Positions 12,275 to 24,002 of a stretch of 64,000 bases of DNA are shown here, in pieces. Numbering within the stretch: position 1 is the first letter of the stretch; each line of letters starts with the position of its first letter. This DNA comes from Eledone cirrhosa (lineage: Eukaryota). A program made the position numbers and the translations under genes. The DNA lies in contig OZ024741.1 in assembly GCA_964016885.1 (NCBI GenBank), forward strand, positions 14,508,001 through 14,572,000. The letters are read 5' to 3'. The notes beneath the pieces are model-generated. The model was not told the origin of the DNA and searched no databases. It saw only the letters and a program-made list of their open reading frames with translations.

Positions 12275-15200
12275 TTGAGAGTTGGCTGTTTGAACGCGCG
12301 TGGCCTGGGCTCAGCTTGGAAGCAAGCAAAGCTTCTAAGTGACCTCAGGTCACAAAGTATAGATGTGATGGTTGTTTGCGAGAGTCGGATCAGCAGCGTG
12401 AGACAGCTGGCGCCCGCCTTCGATGACTTTGAGATGCACGCATCTCTCTGTCAACCCGGAGGCGGGGGGGGGGGGGGAGTTGCCGTACTGCTGGATAAAC
12501 GTCTGACTCTCGACGTACAGATTGTTCACTCGGACCCAGGGGGTCGATTACTGGTGCTGGACGTCGGAGGCGGTGAAGGCGGGCTTTCAGACTGGTCGGT
12601 CTTTATGCTCCCTTCGGGGCGGAAAGAGCCGACTTCTTCCAGCGTCTGGAGACTTTTCTAGGAACGTCGCGTTCCCTGCTTTTAGTGGGGGACTGGAATG
12701 GAATCCTAGATGCGCGTTGGGACTATGCAGGGGCATGTCCCGATAGAGGGGGGTGTAGCAGCCTCAAGGGGTTACTCGATCGATTCGACCTGGTCGATAG
12801 ATTTCGACTAGATTGTCCAACTGCGCCAACCTGGACCTGGGCAAACCGCAGTGGACAATCTAGATCGTACCTAGATAGGTTTTTGGTTAGGAGTAAGGAT
12901 AGGGACGTATTTAGTTGTCCAGAACTGATCATGGTTGGCTATTCAGATCACAAATTAGTGACCTGCGTGGTCAACCTTGATAGAACGCATAGACAGGGTC
13001 CCGGTTACTGGAAGATGAACTTGTCCTTGCCGACAAAGAAAGATTACAGAAACCGGATTAGTAGCTTAGTTAAGATGCGGTTGACGGGAGCGATCGTCAA
13101 CAGTAGGTGGTGGGTATCTCTAAAGAGAGAGATTAGAGTAAGTTCGATAGGTTACAGTAAGGAACTAGCGGCGAATAGAAATAGGAAGGAAAGGGAGTTA
13201 ACAGATAAACTAGAAGAGGCGATTAGGAGCGGAGACGTAGCCAGAGTGTTAGCGGCGAGAACGGCGTTGAGCCAGTTCTTTGACGCGAAGCACGAAGGCT
13301 GCGTTGTCCGAAGTAAAATACGTGCTTTAGGAAACGAGGGGACCAAAGCTGTTAGCTAGGCCCGCGTGACAGAAGCCAAGAGTGGGATTAAATCCACCAT
13401 TCGGTCTTTGCGAGACCAGGATGGACGGGTGATCCTTGAACCTGAGCGAATGTGCGAGGCCTTTCAAAGGCACTTTGCTCGACTGTTCGGAGGTGGCGGG
13501 GGGCCGGACGGGGATGTGGACTTCGGTCCATACCTCGACGGTCTACCGCGTCTTTCGAGCGGCGAAGCGGAGTGCGGCGAAAGGCCAATCACAGCCACTG
13601 AAATCGGGGAAGCGCTCAGCCAATGCAGCAGACGCAAATCCCCGGGTCGCGATGGTCTACCATACGAACTTTATTTAGCTATGCCGGTCTTGTTCTCCGA
13701 ACTCCTCGAGGCTGTCTATTGCAACTGGCAACAGAACGGGAGAATTCCCTGTTCTGTGACCAAGGGCGTGGTCACGCTAGTGAGGAAGGACGAGAGCAAG
13801 GGGGACGACTTAAGTAACTTTAGGCCCATAACTCTGCTGAATGCAGAGTTACAGATTTTGGCCAAGGTGTTGGCGAAGAGGTTGGCGCTTGTGGTGGGTG
13901 GTTTGGTGGGAGACGCGCAGACATGCGCTATCCCGTCCAGGTCCATTCACGACAACCTCCGCCTCATGCGATACATCATAGAGAGGGTTGGCTACGAACC
14001 CGGCTTTGGTGGGGCCCTGATCAACTTGGATCAATCTAAGGCGTTCGATAGGGTCGACCATGGTTACCTGGATGCGGTGCTAGCGGCGGCGGGCTTCGGA
14101 CCCGTTTTCAGGGGCTGGATTTCTGCCATGCACAGTGGCAACATCTACTCTAGGATTAAAGTAAACGGCTACCTCTCGGAGCCGTTTCAAATCACCCAAT
14201 CCATCAGACAGGGGTGCCCCCTCTCCTCCCTTCTGTATGTATTGACTCTCGAGTCACTGCTGCGGAAGTTGGAGTTGCTGCGGGGCATACCCCTGGAACC
14301 GGGATTACACAAAGCGGTCTCGGCCTATGCCGACGACGTAACAGTAATGGTGGCGGACGCCTCGGAAATCGGGGCGATCGCCACCCTACTGGAGGAATAC
14401 GAAAGGCTGACGGGGGCTAAGCTGAACCAGGACAAGTCAGTCGGTTTGCAACTCGGAACGTGGAGGGGCAAACCGATGCCGTTAGACGGTGTCGTCGGGC
14501 GGTGGACGGAGGGCCCGGTGAAGCTGCTCGGGGTCTGGTTCGGACCGGACCTCCAGGTGGAGAAGAATTGGGGCGAGGTGACGAGTAGGGTGTTTGCGCT
14601 GACCCAGAAGTGGGCCAAGTGCAAACTATCACTGAAAGGTCGGGCGGAGGTGACGAACGCTTACATAGCGTCCGTCATCTACTACCGCCTGACCGTCGTG
14701 CCTTGCCCCAAGGAAAAGCTCACCATCATGGAACGCATGCTCTTCCAGTTCCTCTGGAAGAAGCGGCCTCCCATGGTGAGGAGATCCATCTGCTGCCAGC
14801 ACCCTTCGAAAGGAGGGCTGGGTATGCCGTGGCTGTTGATGCGTAGGCACGCATTGAGGCTACGGCATCTACAGGTATTACTCAACGGTCAGCCGGTGTG
14901 GGCCCCGTTTGTGAGGCGAGCCTTCCCACAGCTCGTCTCGCTCACCGAACTGCAATCCTGGGTGAAGCAAAGACCGAGAAAACTGGGCAACTGGCACACC
15001 GAGTGTGCCCAGGCGCTCACGGCTATCTGGCAAGCGGACCCGACTGTCAGTGGAGAATCCACCTCGACATTCTATAGAGGGTTGGTGGCTAGCAGGGGCG
15101 ACGACACCCTTGGAGAGTCGCTAGGCATGGAGGAGGACGAACTGGCCAGCCTGTTCGGTAGAACTTTCGGCCCGGGACCCATGGACAACTTCCAGAGGTC

Positions 15201-15708
15201 CCTAGCCTGGCAGTGTTACCGGGGTGCTCTGCCCGTTCGAGAAAAGCTCTACAGACACGGGCGCCCGGGCAGGGATCCCGCGAAAAAGATCTGTCCCAGA
15301 TGCGTGCGCGACGAGGAAACCGTTGCGCATGCACTGGTACACTACCCGGGCGTTGCCGATCTGTGGGGTTACGTCGAACGACAGCTGTCGCGTGTGGCGC
15401 CGATTCGATTAACCGCCGAGTCTGTGGTGAACATCAAGCCGCCTCCTCCCTTCAGAAATGAAGCAGAGGCGGTCTTTCTGTGCGTAATAGCCATGATGAA
15501 AGAGGTTGTGTGGTGGACGCGCCTGAAAGGTCTGAGGTCGGGTGACTTTCTCTCCGGCCATCACCTGGTTTACTTCTTCCGATACCACTTCGGAAGAAGG
15601 ATCAGGATGGAGAGAGAAGTGCTTGGTCCCAGACAGTTTTATGAAAGGTGGGTGAAAGAAGCGAGAATGGCCCGTGTAAATGGGCCTTCTCTCTACATTG
15701 TTCTGTAG
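12275..15708 (+). pseudogene. Tx1-like ORF2: AP endonuclease + reverse transcriptase; frameshift near 12590 and stop at 13357
   Basis: LNARGL, GDWN, YLDRFLV, SDHKLV; FRPITLLN, LDQSKAFDRVDH, RQGCPLS, AYADD; C-terminal CPRC...H. Confidence 0.9.
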
Positions 15709-15938
15709 GTGAAGAAGTGAAGAGGAAAGGGGGAGCGCCTCCTCTCTGGGCTTCCCCCGCGAAAAGAGTTGCACACTTTTCGGGGGTATGTGCAATCCCC
15801 AACACGCCCCCTCCCTTTTGAGGACATTTATTGTTATATTATTATTGTTATTCCTTTTTTCTTTACTCGATTTATGTAAACTCCCCCACTGTGTAAATGT
15901 CCCCTTCTTTTGTGCCCTCGTGGCAAATAAATAGAAAT

Positions 15939-16025
<87 letters not shown>

Positions 16026-16190
16026 GTTCTCTATCCCCCTCTCTCTCCACACACACACATATGTACGTACTACACGCACGCTCATATATGTGAAAGTGTA
16101 CTCTTTGATTAGGGAACAGCTGATGACCAGGATCTTGGTTTCTTCTTTTTGTTCCCGTTCCTTCATTGTCTGTATATATATATATATATA

Positions 16191-16889
16191 TTAGAAAGAT
16201 CGAGTATCGAAAAATCGGCGCACGAGTTCACGATAAACGAGATTCGACATGAGCGGCAGAGGGCTCAATAATTCAGATGAATCAGAGCTATAACTATCGT
16301 TAAAATACCGTCACATATAGAACAAGTCTACAATCAACCATACGATTTAAAATCGATAGAGGAAGATTCGGGACAAACAGATAAAAAATATCAATAAAAC
16401 AATACGTCAATAATTTAAATGAATGTAAAATCATACCCGGACCCACTAGACAGGTGTTAAATCTAGCTTCATGGGTTTCTGTAAATCCTTAGACTGTACT
16501 CTATCAGCTCACATATAAATATAAAAGCCTACTAGAGTAAGCGGAACGGAGTTTTACTTTCTCAACGAGTTTTTTCCTGGCGGTAGAGGAGCCAACTACC
16601 AGTGAAAAACGCACATAGCATTAGACAAGGGAGATAACCCCTATATCCGCGAAAACAATTCGAGTGAATGTGGAAATACACATATCGAATTAGAGTGCTC
16701 AATAGACATGTTAAAATAAAACAAAAGCTATTCATCACTCAATAGAATCGACAAAAAATGAGCAATAAAATTAACTGGTGGATAGCTATGTCCAGAGCTA
16801 AATATATTAGAAAGATCGAGTATCGAAAAATCGGCGCACGAGTTCACGATAAACGAGATTCGACATGAGCGGCAGAGGGCTCAATAATT
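16191..16889. mobile_element. Non-coding element with ~82-bp terminal direct repeat, flanked by (TA)n
   Basis: ttagaaagatcg...ctcaataatt at 16191-16272 and ~16807-16889. Confidence 0.75.
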
Positions 16890-17026
16890 ATATATATATA
16901 TGAAAAATATGGGGAGAAGAATACTGCATGGTTGCACATGGATAACATGTTATAAAATGAGTCCCTCATCAGTGATTTGCCAACGGTTATTGGTATTTCA
17001 TTGCATACAAAATATATATATATATA

Positions 17027-18382
17027 GGATAACAATATATCGTTAAAGGTAATCCGATTAGAGGTTGTGAAAGTTTCTCATCCTGGATAGTTTAAGCGTA
17101 CGGCGTTGTGTGCTTCAACAAGAGGTTTACGTGGATGACGAGTTTTTGACTTCACTTGTATTCCTATGTAAGTATATCTTGGAGTAATATAATTGAAAAA
17201 GTGAAGAATAACATCGTCAACAGTACAAACAAGGAAATTTATTTACAGTCTAACAATTGTTTCTACGATAAAGTTGTCTAAAAATTGCTAAACACTGAAG
17301 GCACTGCCACTCAATTTAAAACACATGTTATTTTCCATCATTTCGTCAGAGACTGAGAGAAAATGAAAAAATATATGCGTAACGGTAAATTTATAAATTC
17401 AAATTACCACATCAATAATAATATTAATAATAAAGATGTAGAGAGAAACAAAGGAAGGGGGACAGATGGAAAGGAGGGGGTGGAGGGAGAAAGACGAAAG
17501 AGAAAAAGAAAATACAAATATATGCATAACCAGCAAAATTACGAATTCAAACTATCACATCAAAATAATATTAATAATAAAGATACAGATAGAAAGAAAA
17601 GAGGGGGGATAGACATCATGTGAAAGATAGAGAGTTAAGACGTGCCACCGATGAGTAGTTTGTTGATAAATACAGGCAGAAATAGGATGGAGAGAAGAAG
17701 GAAGATGAACAGACAGACGAAAATACGTTAATACAAGAATAAAAGCAAGTAAAAATAGAGATTTAAGCATAGAAACAAATAAATAAATAAATAAATAAAT
17801 AAAAATATAAATAAATAAATAAATTGATAGATGAGTAAATAAATAAGTTTACAGTCTTCTTCCTTCTCTACTGTTTTTTCTTTTCTCTTTTTCCTTCTTC
17901 ATCTTTCTCTGTCTCTTTCTCTTTTTCTTCTTCATCCTTCTTTTTCTACTTTACCTTTACTACATCTATTCTTTTCTTTCTATCTGTATCTTTATTATTA
18001 ATATTATTTTGATGTGATAGTTTGAATTCGTAATTTTTGCCGGTTATGCATATATTTGTATTTTTTTTTCTCTTTCGCCCCCCCCCCTCCCCCCCCCCTC
18101 CACCAGTCACCCTTCCTTTGTTTCTCTCTATATCTTTATTATTAATATTATTATTATTGATGTGGTAATTTGAATTTATAAATTTACCGTTACGCATATA
18201 TTTTTTTTATTTTCTCTCAGTCTCTGACGAAATGATAGAAATAGCATGTATTTTAAATTGAGTGGCACTGCCTTCAGTGTTTAGCAATTTTTAGACAACT
18301 CTATCGTAGAAACAATTGTTAGACTGTAAATAAATTTCCTTGTTTGTACTGTTGACCCATGTTATTCTTCACTTTTTCAATT
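17027..18382. mobile_element. Foldback non-autonomous PLE-like element with an HHR in each arm (17246-17355 -, 18218-18326 +)
   Basis: Inverted arms ~17190-17620 / ~17955-18382; cagtct CTGACGA ...78 nt... GAAA CAATTG TT agactg; (TA)n flanks. Confidence 0.8.
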
Positions 18383-18403
18383 TATATATATATATATATA
18401 TAT

Positions 18404-20034
18404 AATTAATACAATAACAGAGATAGTTTAAAGCTAATCTCTGACTGGTAACCATCTCACTCAACAAACATTAGGTTATATTTTAATATAAACCCAATTT
18501 AAGTGTTTGGGGTGCTAACAATATGTATTATGTGGAAAAGCCAGTTGTATTATTTTATGAGATATAATTAAAGTTAAATATATCTCTCTTTGCAAACAAT
18601 TGTTTCATTATAAGTTTTCTACAAATTCGGAGAATATTTCCAGTTTATGTAGAAGCCTAATATACATTCATGTAAGAATATATTTAGGTGGGCGCTTATA
18701 AATCATCAGTGGAAGCCCATTAAACTTTGATATAAGAAAAACAAATTTCTTACGGCAGTTAAAAATCGTGTCTGTTAAGTTGCTCCCTCCCGCATCGAAT
18801 GACCGGCAAATTTGAAATTCCAGCAGTTTTTGACTGAGGAAGTATTATAGCGTCACTAAGCGGGAAGGAGAGATAACTACGATCCACGATAGAGGAAAAA
18901 AATAATATACACGCAGGTTAATCAGTTTTTTTCGAAAACATTATCAATCCAACGTGTTAAGAACTCAATTGAAATAAAAAAAATAAATATATGCGTGTAT
19001 AAATTACACACGCATATAGATATTTTCTTAGGCTAAAATCAGAGGTTGTACCTGAATAAGAAACCGCATCTCGTAACCGTAGTAAATAACGGAAAGTTAT
19101 GCTTTAAAGGGCAAATGGGAATGTAAATCTCCGGCCGAATTAAGAGTAAAATATAAAACACACGCGGGTTAATTAGTTATTTCAAAACTAATATCAATTC
19201 CTCGTGTAAAGAACTCAATTAATTTAAAAAAATAAATGTATGCATGTAATTATATACATAGGCATATATATATTTTCTTAGGCTAAAAAACAGAGAAGTT
19301 ACAACCAATAAAAACCACAATATCGCACAACAGTAATAAATACGGAAAGTCAAATTTATAAGGTACCTGGAAATAAACACCTCTGGCCAATCAAGAGTAA
19401 AAATATTAATACAATAACAGAGATAGTTTAAAGCTAATCTCTGACTGGTAACCATCTCACTCAACAAACATTAGGTTATATTTTAATATAAACCCAATTT
19501 AAGTGTTTGGTGTGCTAACAATATGTATTATGTGGAAAAGCCAGTTGTATTATTTTATGAGATATAATTAAAGTTAAATATATCACTCTTTGCAAACAAT
19601 TGTTTCATTATAAGTTTTCTACAAATTCGGAGAATATTTCCAGTTATGTAGAAGCCTAATATACATTCATGTAAGAAATATATTTAGGTGGGCGCTTATA
19701 AATCATCAGTGGAAGCCCATTAAACTTTGATATAAGAAAAACAAATTTCTTACGGCAGTTAAAAATCGTGTCTGTTAAGTTGCTCCCTCCCCGCATCGAA
19801 TGACCGGCAAATTTGAAATTCCAGCAGTTTTTGAGGAAGTAATATAGCGTCACTAAGCGGGAAGGGGAGATAACTACGATCCACGATAGGAAGAGAAAAA
19901 AAATAATATACACGCGGGTTAATCAGTTTTTTCGAAAACATTGTCAATCCAACGTGTTAAGAACTCAATTGAAATAAAAAAAATAAATATATGCGTGTAT
20001 AAATTACACACCGCATATAGATATTTTCTTAGGC

Positions 20035-20038
<4 letters not shown>
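18404..20038 (-). mobile_element. 1000-bp partial tandem (1.6 units) with one HHR per unit (18590-18714, 19590-19714)
   Basis: Period 1000; minus strand CTGATGA t TTATAAG...CTTATAA t GAAA CAATTG TT; (TA)n flanks. Confidence 0.8.
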
Positions 20039-20117
<79 letters not shown>

Positions 20118-20120
20118 TAT

Positions 20121-20580
20121 AGTTAAAAGAATGGAGGTGTAACACACAAGTTATTATATATTGGTAAACGGAATAGAAAATGCTGACAAATTGTTCACAG
20201 TTGAAAAATGGTTTAATTAGGAATAAAAGAGTATTAGTGATTGTATTGGTTAGTATTCAGTTGTGGTTTTAAGTTTTTAAGTTTTTACCGGTTGCGCATT
20301 TCTAAATGCTTTTCAAAAATAATTTTGAGATAGAGTGTCGCGTGCTGTTTGCTCTGATCTCAGCAAACAGCACGGACACTGATCAGAGCAAACAGCACGG
20401 ACACTCTATCTCAAAATTATTTTTGAAAAGCATTTAGAAATGCGCAACCGGTAAAAACTTAAAAACTTAAAACCACAACTGAATACTAACCCATACAATC
20501 ACTAATACTCTTTTATTCCTAATTAAACCATTTTTCAACCTGTGAACAATTTGTCAACATTTTCTATTCCGTTTACCAAT
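20121..20580. mobile_element. Foldback element with U3-A8 HHR-like motif (20282-20320 -, 20419-20457 +); duplicate at ~22399-22855
   Basis: ~200-bp inverted arms, ~35-nt tail on the left, (TA)n flanks; TTGAAAA gcattt-ag-aaatgc GCAA CCGG TA. Confidence 0.75.
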
Positions 20581-20648
20581 ATATATATATATATATATAA
20601 AAATATATATATATAAAAATATATAAAAATATATATATATATATAGAG

Positions 20649-20759
<111 letters not shown>

Positions 20760-20990
20760 AATCATGTTTTACTGAAAACATAATTTTAATTCTTCATATG
20801 TTTCAATGTAGATGGGCGGGCATACCACGTTTCATACAAGGTACTTGTCACCTCACTCTACATATCTACATATCTATCTATATCTATCTATATAGAAAAT
20901 ATAGAAATGGTTTCTGCAAGACTAGAACTATTTCATTCGTATGAAAACATCAGGAATATCTTGCTGATTTCATATGATTGAAACAGTTTC

Positions 20991-21190
20991 NNNNNNNNNN
21001 NNNNNNNNNNNNNNNNNNNNNNNNNNNNNNNNNNNNNNNNNNNNNNNNNNNNNNNNNNNNNNNNNNNNNNNNNNNNNNNNNNNNNNNNNNNNNNNNNNNN
21101 NNNNNNNNNNNNNNNNNNNNNNNNNNNNNNNNNNNNNNNNNNNNNNNNNNNNNNNNNNNNNNNNNNNNNNNNNNNNNNNNNNNNNNNNNN
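20991..21190. other. 200-N assembly gap flanked by a ~2-kb direct duplication (18967-20990 vs 21191-23243)
   Basis: Near-identical blocks abut the gap on either side. Confidence 0.9.
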
Positions 21191-22262
21191 AATTGAAATA
21201 AAAAAAATAAATATATGCGTGTATAAATTACACACGCATATAGATATTTTCTTAGGCTAAAATCAGAGGTTGTACCTGAATAAGAAACCGCATCTCGTAA
21301 CCGTAGTAAATACGGAAAGTTATGCTTTAAAGGGCAAATGGGAATGTAAATCTCCGGCCGAATTAAGAGTAAAATATAAAACACACGCGGGTTAATTAGT
21401 TATTTCAAAACTAATATCAATTCCTCGTGCTCGTGTAAAGAACTCAATTAATTTAAAAAAATAAATGTATGCATGTAATTATATACATAGGCATATATAT
21501 ATTTTCTTAGGCTAAAAAACAGAGAAGTTACAACCAATAAAAACCACAATATCGCACAACAGTAATAAATACGGAAAGTCAAATTTATAAGGTACCTGGA
21601 AATAAACACCTCTGGCCAATCAAGAGTAAAATATTAATACAATAACAGAGATAGATTAAAGCTAATCTCTGACTGGTAACCATCTCACTCAACAAACATT
21701 AGGTTATATTTTAATATAAACCCAATTTAAGTGTTTGGTGTGCTAACAATATGTATTATGTGGAAAAGCCAGTTGTATTATTTTATGAGATATAATTAAA
21801 GTTAATATATATCACTCTTTGCAAACAATTGTTTCATTATAAGTTTTCTACAAATTCGGAGAATATTTCCAGTTTATGTAGAAGCCTAATATACATTCAT
21901 GTAAGAATATATTTAGGTGGGCGCTTATAAATCATCAGTGGAAGCCCATTAAACTTTGATATAAGAAAAACAAATTTCTTACGGCAGTTAAAAATCGTGT
22001 CTGTTAAGTTGCTCCCTCCCGCATCGAATGACCGGCAAATTTGAAATTCCAGCAGTTTTTGAGGAAGTATTATAGCGTCACTAAGCGGGAAGGGGAGATA
22101 ACTACGATCCACGATAGGAGGAAAAAAATATATATACACGCGGGTTAATCAGTTTTTTCGAAAACATTGTCAATCCAACGTGTTAAGAACTCAATTGAAA
22201 TAAAAAAAATAAATATATGCGTGTATAAATTACACACGCATATAGATATTTTCTTAGGCTAA

Positions 22263-22403
<141 letters not shown>

Positions 22404-22903
22404 AAAGAATAGAGGTGTAACACACAAGTTATTATATATTGGTAAACGGAATAGAAAATGCTGACAAATTGTTCACAGTTGAAAAATGGTTTAATTAGGA
22501 ATAAAAGAGTATTAGTGATTGTATTGGTTAGTATTCAGTTGTGGTTTTAAGTTTTTAAGTTTTTACCGGTTGCGCATTTCTAAATGCTTTTCAAAAATAA
22601 TTTTGAGATAGAGTGTCCGTGCTGTTTGCTCTGATCTCAGCAAACAGCACGGACACTGATCAGAGCAAACAGCACGGACACTCTATCTCAAAATTATTTT
22701 TGAAAAGCATTTAGAAATGCGCAACCGGTAAAAACTTAAAAACTTAAAACCACAACTGAATACTAACCCATACAATCACTAATACTCTTTTATTCCTAAT
22801 TAAACCATTTTTCAACTGTGAACAATTTGTCAACATTTTCTATTCCGTTTACCAATATATATATATATATATAAAAAATATATATATATAAAAATATATA
22901 AAA

Positions 22904-22940
<37 letters not shown>

Positions 22941-22943
22941 AGA

Positions 22944-23013
<70 letters not shown>

Positions 23014-23356
23014 AATCATGTTTTACTGAAAACATAATTTTAATTCTTCATATGTTTCAATGTAGATGGGCGGGCCATACCACGTTTCATACAAGGTACT
23101 TGTCACTCACTCTACATATCTACATATCTATCTATATCTATCTATATAGAAATATAGAAATGGTTTCTGCAAGACTAGAACTATTTCATTCGTATGAAAC
23201 ACATCAGGAATATCTTGCTGATTTCATATGATTGAAACAGTTCTATCACTGTAGAAGCCATTTTTATATACGAAATAAAGATGCCTACAATCTATCAATG
23301 TATTGAGTACCTTTTCTAACTGTGCTTCCCCCTCGAAACAACTCGGGAATCTACAC

Positions 23357-23452
<96 letters not shown>

Positions 23453-23471
23453 TATATAATATAATATTAAC

Positions 23472-23520
<49 letters not shown>

Positions 23521-23545
23521 AGAAAAACCACCTTTTGAAAACTCA

Positions 23546-23583
23546 CCTTTTGAAAAGCAGAAGAACTGCGAAACCGGTAAAGG
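23546..23583 (+). ncRNA. Minimal type I HHR, U3-A8 core variant, in a ~220-bp element between (TA)n runs
   Basis: cctt TTGAAAA gcag-aagaa-ctgc GAAA CCGG TA aagg. Confidence 0.7.
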
Positions 23584-23730
23584 AACCAAATAAATATATA
23601 TATTTAAAAAAAGAAAAAAAAAAAAAAAAAAATAAGACTTCAGTTGCATTTTCGATTTCATCCTTTTTCTTTATACTTCCACTCGTGTAGGACACCTCGG
23701 TTATTTTTCATTTTGTAAAAAAAACCTCAC

Positions 23731-23781
<51 letters not shown>

Positions 23782-23839
23782 TATATATATATAATACATA
23801 CATATATATATATATAAATAAATAAATATATATATATAT

Positions 23840-23878
<39 letters not shown>

Positions 23879-23957
23879 TATATATATATATATACACGCA
23901 TACATATATATATATATAAATATATATACATACACTAACACACACACACACACACAC

Positions 23958-23999
<42 letters not shown>

Positions 24000-24002
24000 C
24001 AT

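Larger units (their letters stand above)
10240..15939 (+). mobile_element. Near full-length L1/Tx1-clade non-LTR retrotransposon inserted in (ATCT)n
   Basis: ORF1 with CCHC knuckle, ORF2 with APE+RT, AATAAA near the 3' end, (CTAT)n on both flanks. Confidence 0.9.

Noticed and set aside
16461-16512. Minus-strand CTGATAGA...GAAA as a hammerhead
   Set aside because: Stem II is plausible but there is no valid stem III/UH or stem I
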